Shown here in pieces: positions 54,550 through 64,000 of a DNA stretch of 64,000 bases (the stretch's first letter is position 1; every line of letters begins with the position of its first letter). The position numbers and the translations under genes are program-made. This DNA comes from Aquificaceae bacterium. GTDB taxonomy: Bacteria; Aquificota; Aquificia; Aquificales; Aquificaceae. A model generated the notes under the pieces. The model was not told where the DNA came from. It made no database searches and saw only the letters and a program-made list of their open reading frames with translations. The stretch spans positions 24,838 through 88,837 of the forward strand of contig JBEPZX010000005.1 in the NCBI GenBank assembly GCA_041640635.1, written 5' to 3'.

Positions 54550-55472
54550 AATAGCACCTTAAAGCGTGGTCCCATACTCAAAAGCATGGTTTTTAGTCTA
54601 GAAAGTCTCTCTATCGAGTTTGCATCTTCTTTTGATGCCAAAGTTTGCAGTTCTTCACTAAAAAGCTGTGATTGTATTAGAAAATCTGTTAAGCTTTGAA
54701 AGACTAAAACTTGTAAACCAAAATCCTTTCCATACTCTATGAGAGCGGAAAAGTTTACGTGTGCCGTTATGTCAAAAACATCATCGCTTATTACGTTACT
54801 CACAACTTTATGCGATTTGTAACCAACAACAGAACCCTTAGGATATTCAGAGGGTGAGGTGTAACCGTAATCTATGATTAAGACGTAACCTTTCACTTTT
54901 TTCGATAGCTTTTCTATAAAATCTATACAATCTAGGCAGATCTCTAAAATTCCGTCAAAATCCCTGTAACCTAGCTTGCTCACAAACTCATAAATTCTCT
55001 TGTCTTCTGTCTCTTTCCAAACTTCCTTACCGTTTTCTATATACAGCTCCTTGCCATCCTTTATCACGTGCACGGGCAAACAATCAAAAAACTCGTTGGC
55101 TATTACCACACCTTCGATTGATGGTATTTCATCTACCCAATCTACTTTGTCTAAAAAAGGTGAGAGTATCCTTTTTTGGATCTGAATTAAAGGAGTACTA
55201 AAGTCGTATATTTTGTACGAGAGTTTAGCATACAAGCTTTTATTTTCTTCCTTCAAGTAAGAAAGTATATCGTAAGCGAGCTGTCCTGTGCCAGCTCCGA
55301 GTTCTAAGATAGTTGGGTTTTTGAGTTTCTCAATGTATGGAGCAATGAATTCCGCTAAGGTTTGACCAAAAACTTTATCCAGATAGGGGGCTGTGAAAAA
55401 ATCCTGTCCTATTATCCTGCTACTATAATACTCCTTTACTTTGGAGTCCATATAATCTCTAAAGCTTATCAT
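54522..55472 (-). CDS. SAM-dependent methyltransferase, MidA/NDUFAF7 family
   Basis: FRDYM, DFFTAP, ELGAGTG, ANEFFDCLP, IDYG, DITAHVNF. Confidence 0.92.
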   Translation of the reverse strand: MISFRDYMDSKVKEYYSSRIIGQDFFTAPYLDKVFGQTLAEFIAPYIEKLKNPTILELGAGTGQLAYDILSYLKEENKSLYAKLSYKIYDFSTPLIQIQKRILSPFLDKVDWVDEIPSIEGVVIANEFFDCLPVHVIKDGKELYIENGKEVWKETEDKRIYEFVSKLGYRDFDGILEICLDCIDFIEKLSKKVKGYVLIIDYGYTSPSEYPKGSVVGYKSHKVVSNVISDDVFDITAHVNFSALIEYGKDFGLQVLVFQSLTDFLIQSQLFSEELQTLASKEDANSIERLSRLKTMLLSMGPRFKVLFQSTLNSSS

Positions 55473-55834
55473 CCTGGTGGCCAGTTCATACTTCTTCCCC
55501 CAATTAGGTGAAGGTGAAGATGGAATACGGACTGTCCTGTGTCTTTTCCTACGTTGAATACCAATCTGTAGCCTTTGTTTAAATTCTCATCGGGTGCAAG
55601 TCCAAAATCTTGAGCTATCTTTTTTGCTACGTAGAACATATGCCCTACTATGGGTTTGTCCTCTTCCTCCATACTCTGAATGCCTAGGATGTGTTTTGTA
55701 GGAATAATGAGTATGTGAACTGGTGCCACTGGGTTAATGTCGTGAAAAGCGTAAACCAATTCGTCTTTGTACACACCTTTTGAAGGAATTTCTCCCCTTA
55801 GTATCTTACAAAAGATACAATCCTTTACATCCAT
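55469..55834 (-). CDS. Histidine triad nucleotide-binding protein (HinT-like)
   Basis: DCIFCKI, DINPVAPVH, GQSVFHLHLHLIGGR, WPPG. Confidence 0.95.
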   Translation of the reverse strand: MDVKDCIFCKILRGEIPSKGVYKDELVYAFHDINPVAPVHILIIPTKHILGIQSMEEEDKPIVGHMFYVAKKIAQDFGLAPDENLNKGYRLVFNVGKDTGQSVFHLHLHLIGGRSMNWPPG

Positions 55835-55865
55835 AGGTTTAATTATATATGAAAATGTTTCTTAT

Positions 55866-55879
55866 TTGATATTAATCAT
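55866..55879 (+). promoter_or_regulatory. Putative Fnr/Dnr-type box upstream of the DsrE-family gene
   Basis: TTGAT-ATTA-ATCAT, a 9/10 match to TTGAT-N4-ATCAA. Confidence 0.5.
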
Positions 55880-55938
55880 ACATAACTCAGATTTTTAGAA
55901 ACACATTTTGAAAATACAAAACAGCAAAGGAGGCCAAA

Positions 55939-56448
55939 ATGAAAAGGAGGGACCTATTCAAAGTATTTGGTGTTCTAGCAAGTTTTCCTCTTCTCGGCAA
56001 ATTTGCCAATGCTTCTAGCAAGGACCTAAAGTTTGAAAGCATTAGGAAGGAAACACCTGTAGGCGTGCTTTATCACTGCGATTTCGGGCAAATAGATAGA
56101 TTTACAACAATGATGAGAAATATAGGAAATCACCTATCTGTATACAATTACGATCCATTTAAGATAAAGATTGTAGTCGTAGCCCATGGTCCAGGTGTTA
56201 AGTACTTCATGAAAGACTTAACCGGTAGTCCATGGGAAAATGAAAAGGCGGAATTAGATAAAGCTCATGAAGTTGTGAAGAATTTACTCCAATACGGAGC
56301 GTTGGATATATACATATGTAGAATCACACTTCAACGCCTAAAACTCAAAGACGAAAGCTTCTATGATTATGTAAAGTTTGTACCATCCGGCGTAGGTGCT
56401 GTAGGTGAAATGCAAGCAAAAGGTTACGCTTATATAAAAGTTGGTTAA
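55939..56448 (+). CDS. Tat-exported DsrE-family protein
   Basis: Twin-arginine signal MKRRDLFK; VVAHGPG, conserved Cys (IYICRITL), VPSGV..QAKGYAYIK. Confidence 0.85.
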   Translation: MKRRDLFKVFGVLASFPLLGKFANASSKDLKFESIRKETPVGVLYHCDFGQIDRFTTMMRNIGNHLSVYNYDPFKIKIVVVAHGPGVKYFMKDLTGSPWENEKAELDKAHEVVKNLLQYGALDIYICRITLQRLKLKDESFYDYVKFVPSGVGAVGEMQAKGYAYIKVG

Positions 56449-56461
56449 ACTATAAAGCAGA

Positions 56462-56480
56462 CAAGGGCTTTGTGCCCTTG
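56462..56480. terminator. Hairpin after the DsrE gene
   Basis: CAAGGGC-TTTGT-GCCCTTG between convergent stop codons. Confidence 0.5.
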
Positions 56481-56500
56481 CAAAGTTTAAAAAATTGTCG

Positions 56501-57107
56501 TTAAAATTCCATACCTGCTTCTGCAAAAGATCTGTTAATTTTCATCTTAGAATCTATATCAAATTAATAAAGGACCAAAGGGCTTTACTCTCAATCTGCC
56601 TATAAGGTCGTAGTAACGATTAGAGCTATACGCAATGTCTCTTCTACCCCTAAAGAGAGTAGGGATATAGGTCTTAGTTGTATACCAGCCTAAACCATTG
56701 GAACTGGAATGGTAGCACTTTTAGATTCGCATATGTTATTTAATGATTGGCTAACTTTCAGCTTGGAAGCTATAACCCTTGCATTTGGCCCTAGCTCCAT
56801 ATTAAGCTTGCCACCAGTTAGAGTTTTAATTCCTGGAATACCATAGTAAAGCGCTACATCCAAATGGTCAAGTTGCACCGATGATGAAAATGGGACATTG
56901 GCACAGAATATTTCATACCCAAACTTAAAGGGTACATTCTTTACACCCTCTCCGCTAAATTTACTTTATGTGCCCATAATATAGATATTTGGGATTTATG
57001 TTAACTTGCTACCATTTCTATATGCCGACCATAACTCAAAATCTGTAGTGAAAGTTTTCATTGGAAAGGCAAGGAATAGTAGAGCTCTCAATAAAAGATT
57101 TTTTCAT
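56501..57107 (-). pseudogene. Decayed outer-membrane beta-barrel protein (TIGR04219-like)
   Basis: Fragments across frames: signal peptide MKK/LLLRALLFLAFP; KFSGEGVKNVPFKFG...VQLDHLDVALYYG...IPVPMV*AGIQLRP; IAYSSNRYYDLIGRLRVKPFGP; terminal FAEAGMEF*. In-frame TAG at 56690-92 plus several frameshifts. Confidence 0.75.
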
Positions 57108-57216
57108 ACTTAGTGCTCCATTTTTTATTTATTGCGAATAACAAACTTTCTTACTGTTAATAGGATTTTCTGACGTTACAATAAAAGTTAACGAGTTTTT
57201 AGTTATACTTTACTTT

Positions 57217-58062
57217 ATGAAACTTCCAGAAGGCGAGCGTTTTTATTCTTTGGAGGACTCTAAGCGACTAAAGCAATTCATTGTCAAAGCTTTCGAGGTT
57301 TTTAACGATTATAGCTATATAAATTTACCAACCATAGAAGTTTACTATCCATCCAAAGATCCAGTTTATACTATAGGAGCATGTGGGGATGCCAACATAT
57401 TGAGCCTTAGAAGGGATTTTACTGTAAGCACAGCCAGATTTTTATCTTCTTATAGAAACCTTGAAGTTCCTTGTAAGGTTTTTTATGCTGGTAATGTATT
57501 TTCTCCAATAGAGGGTGAGACTTTTCAGATCGGTTTGGAACTTTTGGGTTACTCATCTGTTGAGTCCGATGCCCAAGTTCTATTAGATATATGGAGCTAC
57601 TTAAAATCGTGTGGTATAAATAAACTAAGTGTAAGCATAGGACATGCAAGCATAGTGAAAAAACTTCTAAATTCTTACGATAATTATAGAAATCTCTTCA
57701 GAGCATTTTTAGAAAAGAATTTCTACGAATTAAGAGAGTATCCTAAACTCTGTTACCTTCTTAGATATCAAGGACAGGAGGAATTTTTAAAAGACTGTCT
57801 AAAGCTTTATCCAGAAGTAGAAAAAGAAATATACGAACTTTTGGAAATATCCAAATACATAAAGAATATAGATTATGTATTTGACCTTTCGGAAGTAAGA
57901 GAACAAGATTACTACACAGGAGTCGTGTTCGAGTTTTTTGTGCAAGATTATGGGTATCCTATAGCAGGTGGTGGAAGGTATGACGATCTATACAAAAACT
58001 TTCAGTTGGATTTAAAAGCTGTTGGTTGTGCTGTGTATGTGGATAGGATGCTGGAACTTTGA
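57217..58062 (+). CDS. hisZ: ATP phosphoribosyltransferase regulatory subunit
   Basis: LPEG, LRRDFT.S.AR, QIGLEL, YYTGVVF, GGGRYD; short HisRS-like protein lacking the anticodon domain. Confidence 0.88.
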   Translation: MKLPEGERFYSLEDSKRLKQFIVKAFEVFNDYSYINLPTIEVYYPSKDPVYTIGACGDANILSLRRDFTVSTARFLSSYRNLEVPCKVFYAGNVFSPIEGETFQIGLELLGYSSVESDAQVLLDIWSYLKSCGINKLSVSIGHASIVKKLLNSYDNYRNLFRAFLEKNFYELREYPKLCYLLRYQGQEEFLKDCLKLYPEVEKEIYELLEISKYIKNIDYVFDLSEVREQDYYTGVVFEFFVQDYGYPIAGGGRYDDLYKNFQLDLKAVGCAVYVDRMLEL

Positions 58063-58077
58063 TTCTTTAGAATCTGT

Positions 58078-58689
58078 CTAAAAGAGTTGAGAGAGTTTAT
58101 CGTATATTCTAGCGTCCCTACCTTTTTGGTTTAGGTAATTAATTACATACTTACCTATTACATCAAACTCTACGTTTACCAAATCTCCAGCTTTTCTAAA
58201 CTTTAAATTGGTATTTTGGTAAGTGTGAGGAATGATGTTTATGGAAAAGCTTTTGCTATCTACATAGTTCACCGTTAAGCTTATACCATCTATGCCAATA
58301 GAACCTTTTTCAACCACATATACAGAAAACTCAGAAGGTAGATCTACCTTCAAAAACCAATGACCAGAAGTTTGGTATAGTTCTAAAATTCTCAACGTTA
58401 TGTCTACGTGCCCTTGAAGTATGTGCCCACCTAGACGTGAATTAAGACTCAAAGCTCTTTCCAAATTGACCCAATCCCCTTTTTTTAGGAACTTTAGGTT
58501 GGACCTTTTTAGCGTTTCTTCGGATACATCAAAGCTCAATTCATCGCGTTGTATGTTTGTCACCGTCAAGCACACACCATTTACGGCTATACTGTCTCCT
58601 ACTTTGACATCATTCAACGGACAACTTACTACCAGAGGTCCATGCGGAGATTCCACTTTGCCAAGTGCTTCCACGATACCTGTAAACAT
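58078..58689 (-). CDS. ribE: Riboflavin synthase (alpha chain)
   Basis: MFTGIVE, GDSIAVNGVCLTV, VNLERAL, GGHILQGHVD. Confidence 0.96.
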   Translation of the reverse strand: MFTGIVEALGKVESPHGPLVVSCPLNDVKVGDSIAVNGVCLTVTNIQRDELSFDVSEETLKRSNLKFLKKGDWVNLERALSLNSRLGGHILQGHVDITLRILELYQTSGHWFLKVDLPSEFSVYVVEKGSIGIDGISLTVNYVDSKSFSINIIPHTYQNTNLKFRKAGDLVNVEFDVIGKYVINYLNQKGRDARIYDKLSQLF

Positions 58690-59438
58690 TAAAGTATCAC
58701 CTCCGTAGACTCAAAAACTGGACCTTCGTAACAAACTCTTACATACTTGCCTTGTGAGTTCTGAACTACACATCCAAGACAAACACCCCATCCGCACGCC
58801 ATGGAAGATTCTAAGGAAAAAAACATCTTATGCCCCGTTTTTATGCTTTTTAAAGCTTTTAGCATACCTTTTGGACCGCATGCGGAAACGATCCAAGAAG
58901 TATCGAAATCCTTTAAAACATCTGTAATAAGTCCTTTTCTTCCTTTGCTTCCATCTTCTGTGTATAAAATGTAACTGAATCCCTCTTCCTTTAACCAACT
59001 TTCCATACCTAGCTGGTGTTGGCTCCTTCCAGCATATATAAAAACTACCTCTTTACCCATGCTTCTTAGCTCTTTGCCAAAAAGGGACAAACCAGACAAA
59101 CCAATCCCACCACCTAGTAGAAGGTGTTTATTCCCTTCGTAACTAAAAAGACCTTTTCCCAAAGGCCCCAAAACTTTTACATTTTCTCCTTCCTTTAACT
59201 GACTCATAAGGTACGTCCCTTTTCCTACTACATCGTAAAATATGAGGATGTTTTCACCTCTTACATCACCTATTGCAAAAGCCCGTCTTCCCATAGGGTC
59301 TAAACCTTCCCAACCTTTTAGCATTAGAAAGTGCCCACCCTTTGCCTTTTGCACAATCTCAGGAGCGTGAATTTCTAGAAGATAAAGCCTTCCACCTAAA
59401 AAAAGATTTCTAATAACCTTTACTGTATAGTCCATCAT
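58689..59438 (-). CDS. pyrK: Dihydroorotate dehydrogenase electron transfer subunit
   Basis: GPLGKG, GGGIG, TEDGS.G, CGP..ML, MACGWGVCLGC...VC.EGPVF. Confidence 0.88.
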   Translation of the reverse strand: MMDYTVKVIRNLFLGGRLYLLEIHAPEIVQKAKGGHFLMLKGWEGLDPMGRRAFAIGDVRGENILIFYDVVGKGTYLMSQLKEGENVKVLGPLGKGLFSYEGNKHLLLGGGIGLSGLSLFGKELRSMGKEVVFIYAGRSQHQLGMESWLKEEGFSYILYTEDGSKGRKGLITDVLKDFDTSWIVSACGPKGMLKALKSIKTGHKMFFSLESSMACGWGVCLGCVVQNSQGKYVRVCYEGPVFESTEVIL

Positions 59439-60403
59439 CTTCTCCTCTTTAAAAGATTATCGCCAAGAAGGTTAAAGGCTATAACCAATAGGAAAATTGC
59501 CATACCTGGAGAAAGTATCCAAGGATAAGCGGAAACTAAATTTACGTTTCTAGCATCCGATAGCATATTTCCCCAGCTTGGATAAGGTTCCTGAATACCA
59601 AGACCTAAAAAGCTAAGCGAAGCTTCCGCTAGTATGTAACCAGGAAAAGATAAAGTAGCAGAAACGATAAGGTAGTAGTAAGTATTTGGGAGTATGTGCC
59701 TAAAGAGTATCCTTAGCGTTCCAGCTCCATAGGTTTTGGCAGCGTAAACAAACTCCTTCTCACGTAGAGAGAGGACCATTCCACGAATCACTCTTGCAAG
59801 TCCAGCCCAACCTATGAAAGAAAGTATAAAAACCACCATCAAAAACACTTCAAAACTTCCCATCGTGAGAGGAAAAACAGACCTAAGGGAAAGCATAAGG
59901 TAAAAGGTAGGTATAGCTAAAAGCACTTCTACTACTCTCATAATTACAGAATCTACCTTACCGCCAAACAGCCCAGATATACCACCTATAAGTGAACCCA
60001 AGAAAAAGGTCACAGCTATACCTACAAATCCAACAGTTAATGAAACTCTTGAAGCATAAACAATTCTTGAAAATATATCCCTCCCAAGTTTGTCAGAACC
60101 TAACAGATGTAGTTTACACGGCTCATCCACACTTATAAGCTTAAAACCATAACTCGTCTTAGTAAGAAATTTAATAGGACAAGATACATTTTTGTTTTCT
60201 TGGTAAACCTTAAAGAGTGGATCCTTCATTTCGTAAAGATTTACATAAGGGAATGTGAGCTTTCCGTCCTTAACTAAGTGTATGTGTGTAGGTGGATGAA
60301 AAGGAGTAGTCCTACTTTGCAGTTGGTAAGGGTATGGTGCTATAAAATCTGCAAACAGAGCAAAAATTAAGAAAATAGATATTATAGTTAACGAAAATTT
60401 CAT
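59435..60403 (-). CDS. Peptide ABC transporter permease (OppC/DppC family)
   Basis: LGSDKLGRDIFSR, EAA-like loop EFVYAAKTYGA, LSFLGLG, SWGNML. Confidence 0.92.
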   Translation of the reverse strand: MKFSLTIISIFLIFALFADFIAPYPYQLQSRTTPFHPPTHIHLVKDGKLTFPYVNLYEMKDPLFKVYQENKNVSCPIKFLTKTSYGFKLISVDEPCKLHLLGSDKLGRDIFSRIVYASRVSLTVGFVGIAVTFFLGSLIGGISGLFGGKVDSVIMRVVEVLLAIPTFYLMLSLRSVFPLTMGSFEVFLMVVFILSFIGWAGLARVIRGMVLSLREKEFVYAAKTYGAGTLRILFRHILPNTYYYLIVSATLSFPGYILAEASLSFLGLGIQEPYPSWGNMLSDARNVNLVSAYPWILSPGMAIFLLVIAFNLLGDNLLKRRR

Positions 60404-60421
60404 GTATAAAATATTATATTG

Positions 60422-60754
60422 ATGACAGGGTATTATGTGGTGTTTATAACAACGCCAATAGATAAAGGACAGGAAATTGCCAACTTCATAGTAGAAAATA
60501 AACTGGGTGCATGCGTAAACTTAATTAAAGAAATTCATTCCATTTACTGGTGGAAAGGAAACATAGAAAGAGATAAAGAAGAACTCTTAGTGGTAAAAAC
60601 TTCAGCGCTGAAGTTTAAAGAACTGTTGAGCAAGGTAAAGTCTATACATCCATACACCGTTCCAGAAATTATAGCGCTTCCCATAGTGGCTGGGAACGAA
60701 GACTACATCAAGTGGATTGACCAATCCCTTGAGCTATACCAAGAAAGTTCCTAA
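60422..60754 (+). CDS. cutA: Divalent-cation tolerance protein CutA
   Basis: LGACVN, SIYWWKG, HPYTVPEIIALP. Confidence 0.93.
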   Translation: MTGYYVVFITTPIDKGQEIANFIVENKLGACVNLIKEIHSIYWWKGNIERDKEELLVVKTSALKFKELLSKVKSIHPYTVPEIIALPIVAGNEDYIKWIDQSLELYQESS

Positions 60755-61301
60755 GTATATCCATTCCTGAATCGGACAAAACGGATTCTGGATGAAACTG
60801 CACACCAAATATAGGATACTCCACATGCTGAATCCCCATTATCTCCCCATCGTCCGACTCTGCTGTGACTTTTAGCACATCAGGCAAACTATCCCTATCT
60901 ATAACCAGAGAGTGATACCTCACAGCCGAAAAAGGGTTTTTTATACCTTGGAATATACCTTCACCGGTGTGATAGATGAGAGAAGTTTTACCGTGCATAA
61001 GGTTTTTGGCTCTGACTATGTTTGCCCCAAAGGCGAAACCAATGGATTGGTGACCAAGGCACACACCAAGTATGGGAAATTCTTTATAGTAAGTTTTTAT
61101 GACATCTACAGACACGCCAGCTTCTTTTGGACTGCACGGTCCTGGAGAAATGACTATTGCATCTATGTCCATTCCTTTTATGTCTTGAACGGATATTTCA
61201 TCATTTCTCTTTACTATCACGTCAGCACCAAGAATATAAAAATACTGAACCAAGTTATAGGTAAAGGAGTCATAGTTATCTATCATCAAAATCCTTAACA
61301 T
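60708..61301 (-). CDS. Glutamine amidotransferase, anthranilate/ADC synthase component II (TrpG/PabA)
   Basis: IDNYDSFTYN, SPGP, GVCLGHQ, RYHSL, QFHPES. Confidence 0.94.
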   Translation of the reverse strand: MLRILMIDNYDSFTYNLVQYFYILGADVIVKRNDEISVQDIKGMDIDAIVISPGPCSPKEAGVSVDVIKTYYKEFPILGVCLGHQSIGFAFGANIVRAKNLMHGKTSLIYHTGEGIFQGIKNPFSAVRYHSLVIDRDSLPDVLKVTAESDDGEIMGIQHVEYPIFGVQFHPESVLSDSGMDILRNFLGIAQGIGQST

Positions 61302-61810
61302 TTACCACCCTTTTCCATGAGTTCCTTTATGTCTTGCTCTATTTCCCTGTATATACCTAGTTTAACCTTGCAGACCTTACCTTCTTTATCCAAAAGGTAA
61401 GAGGTAGGAAAACCTGAAATTCCAAGGTTTCTTAGATCTTCTTGATTACCTTTGTATATATCAAAAGAGAAATTATTAGTTTTTATGTACTCTTTCAGGG
61501 CTGATTCGTTAGTATCCATGTTTATGGCTACTATTTGCACATTTTTATCTCTATACTTGTTTTGAATATTCTCAAAAAGCGGCATTTCTTCTCTACATGG
61601 TGGACACCAGGTAGCCCAGAAGTTTACTAAAACTACTTTCCCTTCGTATTTAGAAATACTAACTTTTCTACCGTCAAGGGATTCAAAGGTTAAGTTAAAC
61701 TTTTCGGCACTCACCGGTTCAAAAGACAAACCCTCTCTTTTGTCCTTAATAGCAAAGTAACCAACTAAAATTAGAAGTATAGCTGCGAGAAAATAACTTA
61801 TCCGCTTCAT
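61295..61810 (-). CDS. TlpA/ResA family thiol-disulfide oxidoreductase
   Basis: N-terminal TM anchor; VNFWATWCPPCREEMP; FPTSYLLD. Confidence 0.92.
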   Translation of the reverse strand: MKRISYFLAAILLILVGYFAIKDKREGLSFEPVSAEKFNLTFESLDGRKVSISKYEGKVVLVNFWATWCPPCREEMPLFENIQNKYRDKNVQIVAINMDTNESALKEYIKTNNFSFDIYKGNQEDLRNLGISGFPTSYLLDKEGKVCKVKLGIYREIEQDIKELMEKGGKC

Positions 61811-61840
61811 AACTAAAAATATATTCTCTGAAATTACTTT

Positions 61841-62822
<982 letters not shown>

Positions 62823-62833
62823 TTTACCTTACC

Positions 62834-63382
62834 TCATATACCAGTTTCTTTCCTAATATACTCCAGTATCTCCTTTTTTCCATCTACGTAGTATGCTACC
62901 CATTGGGCTAGTCTCCTGCCAAGTCTCATGCACGCTTTTATCTCCTCGTCCTTCCTTGGTTCACCTGCCACCACCGCGCCGTAGTGAAGAGTAAACTTTT
63001 CCCCCACGTAATCGGTCACACCAAATACCAAGAATCCAAAGTTCATGAGCACTGTAAGTATGGACATACAGGCTATCTCGTTTCCTCCTCCCCATCCACC
63101 TGATGAAGAGAAAGCACAACCTATTTTACCATCGATCTTTCCCCAAAGCTCACCAAGTTCCTCATCAAAGAACTTCTTTAGTTCCCACGAAAGAATCCCC
63201 ATATTGGTGGGAGATCCAACGGCCAAACCATCGCACCACAAAACATCCTCTTTTGTAGCTTCCTTTACGTTCTTGATTCTTACCTCGATGCCTTCTATGG
63301 ACTTTGCTCCTTCTGCCACATAGTGAGCCATCTTTTCTGTGTTACCTGTTAAACTGCTATACAAAACTAAAACCTTACCCAT
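62834..63382 (-). CDS. Flavodoxin/WrbA-like flavoprotein
   Basis: YSSLTGNTEKMA, GSPTNMG, AFSSSGGWGGG; start set at ATG 63382 (GGAGG SD). Confidence 0.88.
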   Translation of the reverse strand: MGKVLVLYSSLTGNTEKMAHYVAEGAKSIEGIEVRIKNVKEATKEDVLWCDGLAVGSPTNMGILSWELKKFFDEELGELWGKIDGKIGCAFSSSGGWGGGNEIACMSILTVLMNFGFLVFGVTDYVGEKFTLHYGAVVAGEPRKDEEIKACMRLGRRLAQWVAYYVDGKKEILEYIRKETGI

Positions 63383-64000
63383 GATTTGCCCCTCCAAGTA
63401 GTATGTATATTAAGTATAGACTAATTAAAACCATTATTGTTGTAAGCAAGGCAAAAGGCGCATTTTTCTTAAAGTACTCCCAGTAGCCTATATGAATATC
63501 TTTATGCCTTAGCAGATGAAGCCAAAGCAAGGTAGCAAGTGAACCTATGGGTGTTATCTTCTGTCCTACGTTAGTGCCTACTATGTTGGCAAGTCCCAAG
63601 AACTTTTTAAGCGTTAGTCCAAAGCTCAGCTCATCTATTCCCAGATTGACCATAAGAACCGCAGGTAAGTTATTAAATACTGCCGAAAGTAAACTGGAAA
63701 GTATACCCACACCCAAGAAACCTACAAGCGCTCCTTTTGTGAGTGAAAGTTCTATAACTTCCTTTATGGCATCAACCAGACCCGCATACTTTAGACCGTA
63801 GACCACAATATACATACCTATGGCAAACACTACCACATGCCAAGGTGTCAGCTTAAAAACTTCCTTAAGATTTATAACACTGTGCCTGAGTGTAGAAAGA
63901 GAAACTATCAAACACGCTATAGCAAGGACAGAGGAAACAAAAACTGGTATATGAAGTATCTCAATTACCAAAAAGGACACACCTATGAAGACTATAGCTA
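63375..64000 (-). CDS. arsB: ArsB-family arsenite efflux permease (C-terminal part; 5' end outside window)
   Basis: PWHVVVFAIGMYIVVYGL, NNLPAV, NIVG..GQKITPIGSLATLLW; frame stays open to the window edge. Confidence 0.85.
   Translation of the reverse strand, partial: AIVFIGVSFLVIEILHIPVFVSSVLAIACLIVSLSTLRHSVINLKEVFKLTPWHVVVFAIGMYIVVYGLKYAGLVDAIKEVIELSLTKGALVGFLGVGILSSLLSAVFNNLPAVLMVNLGIDELSFGLTLKKFLGLANIVGTNVGQKITPIGSLATLLWLHLLRHKDIHIGYWEYFKKNAPFALLTTIMVLISLYLIYILLGGANHG

Noticed and set aside
56690..56878. 62-aa ORF as an independent gene
   Set aside because: It is an internal fragment of the OMP pseudogene: the frame is open upstream of its GTG and similarity continues past its TAG.

Overview
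This is a gene-dense, AT-rich chromosomal segment of an Aquificaceae bacterium (Hydrogenobacter/Thermocrinis-like). The assignment is inferred from a cytochrome c552 resembling the H. thermophilus protein, a NusG with the Aquifex-type insertion domain, and lineage-type insertions in RpoB/RpoC. Bases 1-11.6 kb hold the minus-strand cluster tRNA(Thr,Tyr,Gly,Thr)-tuf-rpmG-tRNA(Trp)-secE-nusG-rplKAJL-rpoB-rpoC (rpoC partial). The rest is a shuffled mosaic of housekeeping genes (nuoG, argB, fabD, thrC, accA, pncB, Omp85, galU, murG, feoAB, secD, sucCD, nadA, ispG, murI, hemH, ffh, leuB, hisZ, ribE, pyrK, glnB, arsB and others). I saw no mobile element, CRISPR array, prophage or rRNA. The best candidate for a poorly described system is a stand-alone MglB(roadblock)-DUF4388/wHTH-MglA GTPase operon resembling a kinase-less actinobacterial conservon. 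Other notable observations: many apparently leaderless genes, including a 23-bp bidirectional promoter built on one palindromic -10 box; a two-state structured RNA downstream of a DEAD-box helicase; Crp/Fnr-like boxes at -41.5 of nuoG and a Tat-exported DsrE gene; a 30-aa FeoB-associated peptide gene missing from the ORF track; a decayed outer-membrane beta-barrel pseudogene; an 83-nt secG/prmC overlap; and zero-spacer tRNA-Tyr/tRNA-Gly. All family calls come from motif recognition; no database search was run.
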